DNA from: Chitinophaga pinensis
GTDB lineage: Bacteria; Bacteroidota; Bacteroidia; B-17B0; Aurantibacillaceae
Direction: 5' to 3'
DNA length: 64,000 bases
Assembly (NCBI GenBank): GCA_945860225.1
Contig: CAMAPT010000001.1
Span: 15,078 to 79,077, forward strand
Under the pieces are notes generated by a model that was given only the letters and a program-made list of their open reading frames with translations, had not been told where the DNA came from and searched no databases. This document shows positions 20,935 to 30,700 of the stretch, one piece after another. A program made the position numbers and the translations under genes. Every line of letters begins with the position of its first letter. Within the stretch, counting starts at the first letter, position 1.

Positions 20935-22272
20935 TTATTCTCTCCTAAAACTCAACCTATCTCCTTTTTTTGTTTCATCAAACACCCCATTGTTATATAC
21001 CAAATGACCTCCTATAAAAGTCTTATTAATACTTGCTGAAAATGTAGTTCCCTCAAACGGACTCCATCCACATTTATATAATAATGAATCCTTGGTAACT
21101 TTAGTTGGATGATTCATATCTACCAACACTAAATCAGCAAAATAACCCTCTCTTATATAACCACGTTTTTCAATATTAAAAATGTCAGCCACATTATGAG
21201 ACATTTTCCTAACAATCATTTCCAAAGAAATTTTTTGTTGTTTATAGAATTCTAACATTGCAAGCACTGCATGTTGAACTAATGGCCCACCACTTGGTGC
21301 TTGTAAATACGGCAATTGTTTTTCTTGTAAGGTATGGGGTGCATGATCGGTTGCAATCACATCAATTCTACCATCCAAAACCGCTTGAAAAATATTCGCC
21401 CTATCATATTCTGTTTTAACAGCGGGATTCCATTTAATAAAATTTCCTTTCTTTTTATAATCTTCATCATTAAACCACAAATGATGAATACAGGCTTCTG
21501 ATGTAATTCGTTTTTGTTTTAATGGAATTTTATTGGTAAACAATTCTAATTCTTTAGCAGTAGAAATGTGTAAAATATGTAATCTGGTGTTATATTTTTT
21601 TGCTAATTCAACTGCAAATGAAGATGATTTATAACATGCTTCTTCATTTCGTATAATCGGATGAAAATAAGTAGGTAAATCTTCTCCATATTCTTCTACA
21701 ATTCTTTTTTGATTTTCTTTAACCATCGGATCATATTCACAGTGTGTGGCTATCAGAGTATTAGCTTTTGAAAAAAATCCTTCTAAAGTTTTTTCATTAT
21801 CAACCAACATGTCACCGGTACTTGAACCCATAAAGAGTTTTAAGCCACAAACCGTATTATAATTTACCTTCAAGGTTTCCTCCAAATTCACATTTGTTCC
21901 ACCCATAAAAAAGGAATAGTTTGCCAAAGAACATTCTTTAGCTCTAGCATATTTCTTTTCCAACTCAACAATTGTAACCGACTGTGGGTTTGTATTGGGC
22001 ATTTCCATATACGAGGTAACTCCGCCTGCAACAGCAGCCTTAGCCTCAGTGTAAATCTCTCCTTTATGCGTTAATCCGGGTTCTCTAAAATGAACTTGAT
22101 CATCAATTGCTCCAGGTATCAATATCAATCCTTGTGCTTCAATTATTTCAGCCGAATTATCTGAAATACCCTTATCAATTCTAGCTATAAAACTTCCTTC
22201 AATCAATAAATCTGACTGAAAAATCTCATCTTCATTGACAATGGTGGCATTTTTTATTAGTGTTTTTTTCAT
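20935..22272 (-). CDS. pyrC: Dihydroorotase (long, allantoinase-like type)
   Basis: DDQVHFREPG metal-binding motif, DHAPH, overall amidohydrolase pattern, 445 aa. Confidence 0.88.
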   Translation of the reverse strand: MKKTLIKNATIVNEDEIFQSDLLIEGSFIARIDKGISDNSAEIIEAQGLILIPGAIDDQVHFREPGLTHKGEIYTEAKAAVAGGVTSYMEMPNTNPQSVTIVELEKKYARAKECSLANYSFFMGGTNVNLEETLKVNYNTVCGLKLFMGSSTGDMLVDNEKTLEGFFSKANTLIATHCEYDPMVKENQKRIVEEYGEDLPTYFHPIIRNEEACYKSSSFAVELAKKYNTRLHILHISTAKELELFTNKIPLKQKRITSEACIHHLWFNDEDYKKKGNFIKWNPAVKTEYDRANIFQAVLDGRIDVIATDHAPHTLQEKQLPYLQAPSGGPLVQHAVLAMLEFYKQQKISLEMIVRKMSHNVADIFNIEKRGYIREGYFADLVLVDMNHPTKVTKDSLLYKCGWSPFEGTTFSASINKTFIGGHLVYNNGVFDETKKGDRLSFRRE

Positions 22273-22432
22273 TTATATACTTTTTCTGATAATCTTTAAA
22301 TTAATGCAACGAATAATTAAGTGCGTTGCGTCTATGAGCTTTTGAAACCTTAAACGAACTGAAAGAACCTACGATTATTCATTACTGAAATGTTTATTCT
22401 CATAATATTTTAACACTAATATAAAACAAGTT

Positions 22433-23029
22433 TTAAATGTGGTTTTTATATTTTTTCACTTCCAATTCAAAATTTAAATCATTAATATTTAATCTATCCC
22501 AAACATATTCAACCCATTCTTTATCTGTACCTCTGCCTGAATAGTGCTTAAAATAATATACTTTATTTTCTTGAAAATACTTTTCATAATAAGTGTCATA
22601 TAATTCCCTGGCAGTATTACCAAATAAAATAAATTTAGTTTTAGAAGTAATTTTCAATAAAGCTAACTCATTAATAAAATGATTTAAATTTTGTTCTAAA
22701 TTAATTTTCTTATTTAATATATCCGTATAAATATTATTAGAATCTACTTCTATTTTTTTAATTAAATCAGTCATATATGCCCCTTTTATTTCAGGAATTG
22801 AATTAAAGGCATATTTAATTTTTCTATCATGCTTTCCACCTCTGAAATTTTCCCAGATTCCAACTTCTTTAGAAATATTAAGACCAATCAAAATAAAATT
22901 TGAGTGTAATTGACTTAAATTTTTCTCAATAATAGAGGTATTTGATTCGTTTTCAAAATCCCAAATTGCCCAAGATGCATATTTTCCATTCTGACTTTTT
23001 ATATTTTCAATATCAATCGTGGTATACAT
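22433..23029 (-). CDS. Hypothetical protein; motif order is reminiscent of the uracil-DNA glycosylase (MUG/TDG-like) superfamily fold (tentative)
   Basis: 198-aa ORF. Ordered blocks FILIGLNIS / GAYMTDLIKK / FILFGNTA / FKHYSGRG resemble GINPG / G-x-T-x-LV / ILGxxA / (N/H)PSG of UDG-fold enzymes. Assigned by eye only. Confidence 0.55.
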   Translation of the reverse strand: MYTTIDIENIKSQNGKYASWAIWDFENESNTSIIEKNLSQLHSNFILIGLNISKEVGIWENFRGGKHDRKIKYAFNSIPEIKGAYMTDLIKKIEVDSNNIYTDILNKKINLEQNLNHFINELALLKITSKTKFILFGNTARELYDTYYEKYFQENKVYYFKHYSGRGTDKEWVEYVWDRLNINDLNFELEVKKYKNHI

Positions 23030-23031
23030 AG

Positions 23032-23343
23032 TTATATCCTGTTAACGACTATTTGTTCAATTTTTTTAATCAAAAGACTCTTTTCTTTATTTCCAAGTTC
23101 TCTAATAAGAACTTTGTATACATTGTCTAATTCATTAATAGATAAACTTTCTAAATATGAATTACCATTATCTTCATCCTTAAGATTAATAATTACTTTA
23201 ATTATTTCTTTGGGTATATCAAACGACTTAGAAAGCTCAATTAGTATTTTATCTGTTTCCATATATCCAGAATACACTATATAAAGTCTAATCAAGTCTT
23301 CTTCAAGGGTAGATTCTGCATCTTCCATATAACCTTCTTCCAT
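23032..23343 (-). CDS. Small acidic hypothetical protein (103 aa, 22 D/E vs 13 K/R), translationally coupled to the downstream 198-aa gene
   Basis: ORF ends with TAA at 23034-23032, and the next ATG is at 23029 (2-nt spacer). No recognisable domain. Confidence 0.5.
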   Translation of the reverse strand: MEEGYMEDAESTLEEDLIRLYIVYSGYMETDKILIELSKSFDIPKEIIKVIINLKDEDNGNSYLESLSINELDNVYKVLIRELGNKEKSLLIKKIEQIVVNRI

Positions 23344-23532
23344 AATTATTATATTTTGTTAGTAATTAAAAAATCACTTATAACTGCTATATTTCACACA
23401 AATTAAGGTTATTTTTTCAAATTACTTATATAAATTCTTTATCAATATTAAGTTTTTACAGCCTATATGTGACACTTGAAAATCATCAAAAGTTTAAAAA
23501 ATCAATATCTATAGTGAAAAAAATCTTATTTC

Positions 23533-24627
23533 TTAAGTCAACCAAATTTTTTGTCGTTTGAACTCAATTACTTTAATAAGTGTAATTTGTAACATCCAGG
23601 CAATAATAAGTGATAAAAAAACAACTACATAACCATACAGATACAAATAAGATGGATGAGCAAAAAAATAATTTCTAAATAAACTAACTATTAAATGATG
23701 TGATATATATAGTGAAAATGAATATTCTCCAATTATTCTATCCCATGGTTTATGCTTGAAAACAAGAAAAATAAATGGGATAGAAATAAATATAAGACAA
23801 TAAAATAAACTCGCCTTAACCTGATCTTTTAAATGAATATATTCAAACAAAAATACAACCAAAATACAGATAGATAGCAGTCCGTAACCCACATAGGAAA
23901 GGTTTTTATTTGTTGGGATAATTTTATAAATTTTATAGGCTAAACTACCTGCCATAAAAAATGATAATTCAAATGGGAAGAAACGATAAGTCCACGGATC
24001 GAAACTTAAATAATGGAAATTAGCAAAGTAATATTTTATAAATAAGCCCAATATAACAATGCCTAATTGCCACTTAACTTGCTTTGTAACCAAAAAAGGA
24101 GCGATTATATAAAACATAAATTCTACACTTATTGACCAAGCCTGAGGGACAAATAGATATTGGTATCCAGTATGACTATAAGATAGTGTTTTATATGTAA
24201 AAAGTGGGTTACAAAATTCATCTAATCGCAAAAAATAACATATATCCTGCCCTAAAACGATAATGTTTTCTAGAGCAAAGTATAGAATAGTAAAAAAAGA
24301 CAAACATTCTTTATTGAATATATAACGAGCTAAATAATGAGGATGGTTAAACATTAAATAACCCACCAATGAAAGCAAAAAAGCTGACAATAAAATAAAC
24401 CAATAAACAGGAAAGATTCTGTAAAAACGACTTAATATGAATTTTTTATAACTACCTTCTCCGATGTATTTTTCATTTAAGATGAGGGCCATATAAAAAC
24501 CTGAAATAATATAAAAAGCCTCTACGGCAACCTGTCCTCCACACATTCGTAAACCTAAAAAAACATACGAATGATAAACTATCACCGCAAGTGCTAATAT
24601 GGTTCGTAATATTCCCATGTGCATCAA
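23533..24627 (-). CDS. Acyltransferase family 3 integral membrane protein (polysaccharide/lipid O-acyltransferase type)
   Basis: N-terminal LRTILALAVIVYHS motif and about 10 hydrophobic helices typical of Acyl_transf_3. Confidence 0.8.
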   Translation of the reverse strand: MMHMGILRTILALAVIVYHSYVFLGLRMCGGQVAVEAFYIISGFYMALILNEKYIGEGSYKKFILSRFYRIFPVYWFILLSAFLLSLVGYLMFNHPHYLARYIFNKECLSFFTILYFALENIIVLGQDICYFLRLDEFCNPLFTYKTLSYSHTGYQYLFVPQAWSISVEFMFYIIAPFLVTKQVKWQLGIVILGLFIKYYFANFHYLSFDPWTYRFFPFELSFFMAGSLAYKIYKIIPTNKNLSYVGYGLLSICILVVFLFEYIHLKDQVKASLFYCLIFISIPFIFLVFKHKPWDRIIGEYSFSLYISHHLIVSLFRNYFFAHPSYLYLYGYVVVFLSLIIAWMLQITLIKVIEFKRQKIWLT

Positions 24628-24754
24628 TTAAATAAAAATTATAACTGATTATATACTTACATCAATATATAATTGAAAGAAAAAATGGAGAAATAAAAAA
24701 TAATTTTAAAAAAAATAACTTAAAAACATTTCGATATACCAATTAGAAAAGTGC

Positions 24755-25348
24755 CTAATCTACATCTGTAACTCCTCCGGAAATAATAAATTTCATAGCA
24801 TCAGCGCCGTCAATATTTAATGTTATAATTTGTTGTTTTGGAACGATGATTAATCTACCTGAAAATGAATATGAATATGGTAAATACACGGCGTATTTTT
24901 CATGCAATCCCCATTCTTTCAAATCATCTTGAGTAATAAATCCTAACTCTTGAATATTAGCCTGTGGATTCGTTAATACCAATACAGGTTTTGTGAAACG
25001 TTTTCGATCTCCCATAAAAGCATTCATAAAATCCTTTATAGGAGAATAAATATGCCTTACTAATGGTGCTTTTTCTAATTTTTTTTCTAAAAAAGCAAAT
25101 AACTTTTGAAAAACAAAAGATGAGGCTAATAATCCGAGAATAGTAATAAAAACAAAAAGAGTAATAAAAGAAATGATTGTATCTAAAAACATGTTCCCTG
25201 TTAATCCTACAAAAGAAAATAAACTTTCAAAAAACTGAAATAATTTAACTAAAACAAGAATTGTAATTCCCAATGGGATAAATAACACCAATCCCTGAAG
25301 AAAAAATTTTAAAATATTACTCATGTTAAATTTATAAATTAAAGTCAC
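24755..25348 (-). CDS. DUF502-family membrane protein
   Basis: Two N-terminal TM helices followed by a soluble domain, with size (197 aa) and layout typical of DUF502. Moderate certainty. Confidence 0.6.
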   Translation of the reverse strand: MTLIYKFNMSNILKFFLQGLVLFIPLGITILVLVKLFQFFESLFSFVGLTGNMFLDTIISFITLFVFITILGLLASSFVFQKLFAFLEKKLEKAPLVRHIYSPIKDFMNAFMGDRKRFTKPVLVLTNPQANIQELGFITQDDLKEWGLHEKYAVYLPYSYSFSGRLIIVPKQQIITLNIDGADAMKFIISGGVTDVD

Positions 25349-25375
25349 CCTTGATGCAAAAACTTGCTACCATCG

Positions 25376-26296
25376 TTAAATCCAATTAAAACCTTTTTTT
25401 AGCTTATCCAACGTATTTTGTTCTTCTGAATGTTGCTTTGGTTTAAAATCATAAACCCAGCTTGCTGAAGCCGGTAAACTCATTAAAATGGATTCTATTC
25501 GTCCGTTCGTTTCTAAACCAAACTTGGTACCTTTGTCGTATACTAAATTAAATTCTACATACCTTCCTCTTCTCAAAAGTTGCCATTGTTTATTTTCGTC
25601 GTTAAATTTCTTGTTTTTATATTTATTCATGAATGTAACATATATGGGAGCAAAGGTTTCTCCTACATCTTGCCAAAATGCAAAATTTTTCTCAAAATTT
25701 AAACATTCATTTTCATGTAATCGATCAAAAAATATTCCGCCAATACCTCTTGTTTCTTTTCGGTGAGTAATGTAAAAATAATCATCAGCCCATTTTTTAA
25801 ATTTTGGATAATAATCAGGATGATGTTTATCGCATACCGCTTTTAGTTGTTTATGAAAAAATCTCGCATCTTCATCAAAAATATAATGAGGTGTTAAATC
25901 TATTCCACCACCTAACCATTTTGTTCCGTTACTCATTTCAAAGTAACGAATATTCATATGAATTATAGGTACAAATGGATTTTTTGGATGAATTACAATG
26001 GACACTCCCGTGGCAAAAAAAGTAGTTTCTTTAATAGAATTAATAGCCGAAATACTATGCTCTTTTTCCTTAAATAAAAAATCAGGTGTTTGACCTGATA
26101 CAGCTGAAAACATCACCCCTCCTTTTTCAATCACATTTCCTTGTTCAATCACACACGACCTTCCTCCTCCACCTTCTTCCCTTATCCAATTTTCTTCTTT
26201 GAATTTAGCTAAACCATCTTCCGCTTCAAGAGATTGACAAATAGAATACTGTAGTTTTTTTAACCAATCGGCTATATTGTCTTTTGTTATTTCCAT
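25376..26296 (-). CDS. hemF: Oxygen-dependent coproporphyrinogen III oxidase
   Basis: GGGIDLTP and RRGRYVEFNLVYDKGTKFGL signature blocks; 306 aa. Confidence 0.93.
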   Translation of the reverse strand: MEITKDNIADWLKKLQYSICQSLEAEDGLAKFKEENWIREEGGGGRSCVIEQGNVIEKGGVMFSAVSGQTPDFLFKEKEHSISAINSIKETTFFATGVSIVIHPKNPFVPIIHMNIRYFEMSNGTKWLGGGIDLTPHYIFDEDARFFHKQLKAVCDKHHPDYYPKFKKWADDYFYITHRKETRGIGGIFFDRLHENECLNFEKNFAFWQDVGETFAPIYVTFMNKYKNKKFNDENKQWQLLRRGRYVEFNLVYDKGTKFGLETNGRIESILMSLPASASWVYDFKPKQHSEEQNTLDKLKKGFNWI

Positions 26297-28152
26297 CCTA
26301 ACTTTTGAATTTGATAATTTGAGTATTTATAAATATAAACTGCCCTATTTTCAAATCCTGTTTCATAATCAGGTCGGTAAAATTTAAAAGCTGTAGAAAC
26401 TCCTACCCAATTCTTTTTATCTAGTTCTAAAAATATATGTGGTCCTTCAGACTTTAATTGAGTTAAATAATAAGTCGCAATATCGAACCCATGAAAAAAA
26501 TATTCAGAAGGATCAGTATAATAAGATGATTGATAATTTTTCACCAATGGCATAAACGTTGAATCTTTTAAATCAACCTTATTTGGAGCTGGAAAATGAA
26601 AATTAAGATGATTTAAATAATCCTGATCTAAATTATCATTACTGGATATACTTTGAAAACCCATCAGTACAATATCTCTTTTATTTGAAATCATATACAA
26701 TTGAGTGATAAAATCTTGCAAATAAACCTGGTTATTTGTTAACAAGACAACTACATTTTTTTTAGTAGGATTATATGCCTCTCTAACGCCTGATATACCT
26801 TTTACTTCTATAATACTATCCTTACCTTGATGATGTTTTTTAGTTAAAGATTCATTGTATCTAGATTTAAAAGCTTGTAAATACGGAATATCTTTTTTGG
26901 TAGAATTCACAATAATGATATTTGAAGTTGATTTTAAAGAATCTAAACAATAATCCGCCAAACCTTCAATCAATGTATATTGCGATGGATTAACCTTGCT
27001 CACATAAGGATTATTATATAATATTTTATTTTGTTGAGTTAATGGTGAAATAACAGGGGTTCCTGATTTTTTTGCATTATTTGATACCAATTTGAACACT
27101 CCCGAATATAAAGGTCCAAAAATAACATCCAAGTTTTTAAATTCAGAAGTGTTACATATTTCTTCTACTTTAATCGAATCTCTTTCATCTACATCAAATA
27201 AATGAATTTCAACATCAAAATCCTTTGTAATTAAAGAGTCAACCGCTTTTTTAAAACCAAAATAAAAATCCAAAGCGAGTGATTGTGTAGACGGAAAAGA
27301 AGACTTGTTTTTTAATAAATCTTCGACATTAATCCCCTCACTTTCTACTAACTTAAAAGGCAACATTAATCCTACACTATAACTAGATTTTCTAGTTTTA
27401 TTGAAAAGTTTAGTATCGTTTAAATTATTTTCATTTGAAGTCTCAGAAACAGTTAATGAACTTACTGGTTTAATTTCAGTAGTTTCGGTAACTAAAGGAG
27501 GAGTAATATGCAATAACTTTCCTTGTTTTAAACCTTCTTTAATCTCAGGATTCCATTCCAACAGTTTATCTTGGGATAAATTCAATTTTTTTGAAAGAGA
27601 AAACAATGTTTCACCTGGCAAAACATTATATGTATTCGAATTTCGAGATGATTCAATAACTTCTTTGTTTTTAACAATCTCTTTTTTAGGTTCAGATTTC
27701 TTTTTTTCTCCAACTATAAGGTAAACACCCTCTTTTAATCCATTATTAATTTGAGGATTTAAATGAATTAATTGGGTTTCTTGGATATTAAATTTTTTGG
27801 TTATTCCATAAACGGTTTCACCTTTTTCTGTTTTATGATACACATACTTAACCGTATCAAGTAAAACTGTTTGTTTGGGCAGTAAGCTCTCGAAAGGAAT
27901 TTTTAATTCTTGTCCATTTTTTAATCCATCCAAAGCATCATCATTTTCTACTAAAACAGAATTTATATCAATATTATAAAGTCTGGCAATAGCATATAAA
28001 CTTTGTCCTTTTTCTACCTTATGTATATAGTATTTTTTACCATTAATATTTTTAATGTTGGTAGATTTGGACTGAGCAAAAAAAACACAAGATAAAAGGC
28101 ATAAAATAAACAAATACAAATATTTAAAGTATGTCATTTTTTTATGGCTCAT
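26287..28152 (-). CDS. LysM-domain protein (three LysM repeats) fused to a periplasmic-binding-protein-like domain
   Basis: Three LysM units (YHKVEKGQSLYAIARLYNI, YHKTEKGETVYGITKKFNI, YNVLPGETLFSLSKKLNL). Signal peptide. C-terminal roughly 370 aa resembling type 1 PBP. Confidence 0.8.
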   Translation of the reverse strand: MSHKKMTYFKYLYLFILCLLSCVFFAQSKSTNIKNINGKKYYIHKVEKGQSLYAIARLYNIDINSVLVENDDALDGLKNGQELKIPFESLLPKQTVLLDTVKYVYHKTEKGETVYGITKKFNIQETQLIHLNPQINNGLKEGVYLIVGEKKKSEPKKEIVKNKEVIESSRNSNTYNVLPGETLFSLSKKLNLSQDKLLEWNPEIKEGLKQGKLLHITPPLVTETTEIKPVSSLTVSETSNENNLNDTKLFNKTRKSSYSVGLMLPFKLVESEGINVEDLLKNKSSFPSTQSLALDFYFGFKKAVDSLITKDFDVEIHLFDVDERDSIKVEEICNTSEFKNLDVIFGPLYSGVFKLVSNNAKKSGTPVISPLTQQNKILYNNPYVSKVNPSQYTLIEGLADYCLDSLKSTSNIIIVNSTKKDIPYLQAFKSRYNESLTKKHHQGKDSIIEVKGISGVREAYNPTKKNVVVLLTNNQVYLQDFITQLYMISNKRDIVLMGFQSISSNDNLDQDYLNHLNFHFPAPNKVDLKDSTFMPLVKNYQSSYYTDPSEYFFHGFDIATYYLTQLKSEGPHIFLELDKKNWVGVSTAFKFYRPDYETGFENRAVYIYKYSNYQIQKLGWK

Positions 28153-28207
28153 TTATCTTTTGTTCAAATTCAAAGTAAAAATTAATACTAAAATTTAATT
28201 AATCTTA

Positions 28208-29737
28208 TTATTCCCACTCAATCGTAGCAGGAGGTTTAGAACTAATGTCGTAAACTACACGATTAACACCTTTTACCTTATTAATTATATCGTTAGAAAC
28301 TTTTGCCAAAAAATCGTATGGTAAATGACACCAATCCGCAGTCATACCATCTGTTGAAGATACGGCTCTTAAAGCCACAACTTTTTCATAAGTACGCTCA
28401 TCTCCCATTACTCCAACACTTTGAATTGGAAGTAAAATCGCTCCGGCCTGCCATACAGAATCATATAATCCAGCTGATTTTAATCCTTCAATAAAAATAG
28501 AATCTACATTTTGTAATAATTCAACTTTTTCTGGTGTAATATCACCCAAAATACGAATTGCTAATCCTGGGCCAGGAAAAGGATGACGACCGATTAACGA
28601 ATCATTGATTCCTAATGCTTTTCCTACTCTCCTAACCTCGTCCTTAAATAAGCTTCTTAAAGGTTCTACAACAGACAACTTCATATAATCAGGTAAGCCC
28701 CCTACATTATGATGAGATTTAATAGTGGCTGAAGGACCATTAACAGAAAGACTTTCAATCACATCAGGATAAATCGTTCCTTGTCCTAACCATTTAGCAT
28801 CCGTTATCGTTTTTGATTCATCATCAAACACATCAACAAAAGCTTTACCAATTGCTTTACGTTTTGCTTCTGGATCAGATATATCTTTTAGTGCGTCATA
28901 AAAACGTCTTTTAGCATCAACTCCTTTCACATTCAATCCCATGTGTTTATAGGAATCTAAAACACTCTCAAACTCATTTTTACGCAATAAACCGTTATCT
29001 ACAAAAATACAATGTAAATTAGTCCCAATAGCTTTGTTTAACAAAACAGCAGCAACACTGCTGTCAACACCTCCAGATAATCCTAAAACTACCTTATCAT
29101 TTCCTATTTTTTGTTTTAATTCAGCAACGGTACTTTCTATAAATGAGTCGGAAGTCCAAGAACCAGAACAGCCACAGATGTCTTTAACAAAATTATTTAA
29201 CAAATGAGCTCCTTCTGTGGAGTGATATACCTCTGGATGAAATTGTATTCCCCATGAAGATTCTCCATCGATGGCATATCCAGCTACTTTAACGTCATGA
29301 GTACTGGCTATTATTCGATAATTTTCAGGAACACTCAAAATGGTATCTGCATGACTCATCCAAACCTGAGATTGATTGCTAATCCCTTTGAATAAAGGAT
29401 TAATTGCATCTACATAATTTAAATTTGCTCTACCATATTCTCTTGAACTTGAACGACCTACTTCCCCACCATAAAAATGAGCCAATAGTTGCGCTCCATA
29501 ACAAACACCTAATAAAGGAATGCTTCCCTTAATATTCGTTAAATTTGGCCTTAATGGGTTTTCTTCCCGAACACTATGTGGAGAACCAGATAAGATAACA
29601 CCTTTTACATTTTTTGAAATTTCAGGAATTTTGTTGAAAGGATGGATTTCACAATATACATTCATTTCTCTGACGCGTCTAGCAATCAACTGAGTATACT
29701 GAGAACCAAAATCTAAGATTAAAATTTGTTCTTGCAT
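28208..29737 (-). CDS. guaA: GMP synthase (glutamine-hydrolysing)
   Basis: GATase catalytic-Cys context [11 protein letters not shown]-PPase motif [11 protein letters not shown]-terminal PPATIEWE. Confidence 0.97.
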   Translation of the reverse strand: MQEQILILDFGSQYTQLIARRVREMNVYCEIHPFNKIPEISKNVKGVILSGSPHSVREENPLRPNLTNIKGSIPLLGVCYGAQLLAHFYGGEVGRSSSREYGRANLNYVDAINPLFKGISNQSQVWMSHADTILSVPENYRIIASTHDVKVAGYAIDGESSWGIQFHPEVYHSTEGAHLLNNFVKDICGCSGSWTSDSFIESTVAELKQKIGNDKVVLGLSGGVDSSVAAVLLNKAIGTNLHCIFVDNGLLRKNEFESVLDSYKHMGLNVKGVDAKRRFYDALKDISDPEAKRKAIGKAFVDVFDDESKTITDAKWLGQGTIYPDVIESLSVNGPSATIKSHHNVGGLPDYMKLSVVEPLRSLFKDEVRRVGKALGINDSLIGRHPFPGPGLAIRILGDITPEKVELLQNVDSIFIEGLKSAGLYDSVWQAGAILLPIQSVGVMGDERTYEKVVALRAVSSTDGMTADWCHLPYDFLAKVSNDIINKVKGVNRVVYDISSKPPATIEWE

Positions 29738-29811
29738 ATAAATTTCAAAGATAATTAAATCTTTTGTTTAAAAGGTTTATGAAAATAAAAACAGCCAATA
29801 AAAATTAAAAT

Positions 29812-29919
29812 TCAATCTTTACTTCTCATGAATTTTATCAAGGTGTATACACCTAAGCTGAAAATGCCAGCAATAAAAAATAAAATAAAAAAATCACTTA
29901 ATTCTAAAGATGATTCCAT
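29812..29919 (-). CDS. Candidate small membrane protein (35 aa: MESSLELSDFFILFFIAGIFSLGVYTLIKFMRSKD)
   Basis: My own translation. ATG at 29919 lies 5 nt downstream of the response-regulator stop (29925-29927). Single hydrophobic helix with an acidic N-terminus and a basic C-terminus. Below the ORF-track size cut-off. Confidence 0.3.
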   Translation of the reverse strand: MESSLELSDFFILFFIAGIFSLGVYTLIKFMRSKD

Positions 29920-29924
29920 TTCAA

Positions 29925-30581
29925 TTAAGCGGCTAATAATTTGTTTTTAACAGCAAACATAACTATTCCTGCTGTATTCGGAATACCTAATTTACTCATG
30001 ATATTTTTACGATGAGTATTAACCGTATGAGTACTCAATTCCAATTTATCGGCTATTAACTTATTAGACAATCCTTCAGAAATCAATCTAATAATATCTA
30101 ACTCTCTATCTGTAATACCAAGTCCTTGACATGAGACTTTATCCAATTGAGGCTTAATAACAGACAGCTCTTCTGAATTAGCTAAAAAATAAGCTACCTT
30201 ACCACATAAAAAACGTTCTCCATTAAATGTAGAATATAAAGCTTCAAATATTTCATTTTTATCACACTCTTTAAGTAAATAACTCGTTACTCCTGCATCT
30301 AAAGCTGACTGCATTTCATACCTTGACATATAATCTGTAATGGCTAAAACCTGAAGTCTCTTGAATTTTTTTGTTATAGTCTGAATTTGAATGGCATTCA
30401 GATTCAAAGATTGAAAATCTAGCACTAAAATTTTAGGTTTGTTTTTTGTAATCATCAACACTAAATTTTCAAAATTCTCGTCATCAGTGTAATCCACTTC
30501 GAAATCAATAGAATTAGATAATAAAGTAAAAAGGCCTAATCGGCTTAAATAGTTTTTGTCGGCTATAAGAACTGATATCAT
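29925..30581 (-). CDS. LuxR/NarL-family response regulator (receiver + HTH), no kinase gene adjacent
   Basis: Receiver elements: IADK (single acidic residue where DD is usual), ILVLD (phospho-acceptor Asp), VLAIT, SYLLK. LuxR HTH: TDRELDIIRLISEGLSNKLIADKLELSTHTVNTHRKNIMSKLG. Confidence 0.85.
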   Translation of the reverse strand: MISVLIADKNYLSRLGLFTLLSNSIDFEVDYTDDENFENLVLMITKNKPKILVLDFQSLNLNAIQIQTITKKFKRLQVLAITDYMSRYEMQSALDAGVTSYLLKECDKNEIFEALYSTFNGERFLCGKVAYFLANSEELSVIKPQLDKVSCQGLGITDRELDIIRLISEGLSNKLIADKLELSTHTVNTHRKNIMSKLGIPNTAGIVMFAVKNKLLAA

Positions 30582-30612
30582 TATTACAAAAATTATTTAG
30601 ATTAATTTTAAA

Positions 30613-30642
30613 CAAAGATACATTTCGTAAAGTGAAATCAAA
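30613..30642 (-). promoter_or_regulatory. Candidate Bacteroidota-type promoter for the response regulator (-7 TATCTTTG = 30620..30613; -33 TTTG = 30642..30639)
   Basis: Exact TAnnTTTG match 32 nt upstream of the ATG, with TTTG 18 nt further upstream. The same octamer also occurs at 29746-29753, just upstream of guaA. Confidence 0.4.
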
Positions 30643-30700
30643 ATATATCCTTAAAATTTATTAAAAACAGACGGTTAATTATTCTCTACAATACTAATAT

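Noticed and set aside
29746-29753. Second copy of the octamer CAAAGATA (minus-strand TATCTTTG, a perfect -7 box), 9 nt upstream of the guaA ATG
   Set aside because: It is so close to the start codon that it would imply an essentially leaderless mRNA. It is plausible in Bacteroidota, but there is too little support to list it as a promoter.
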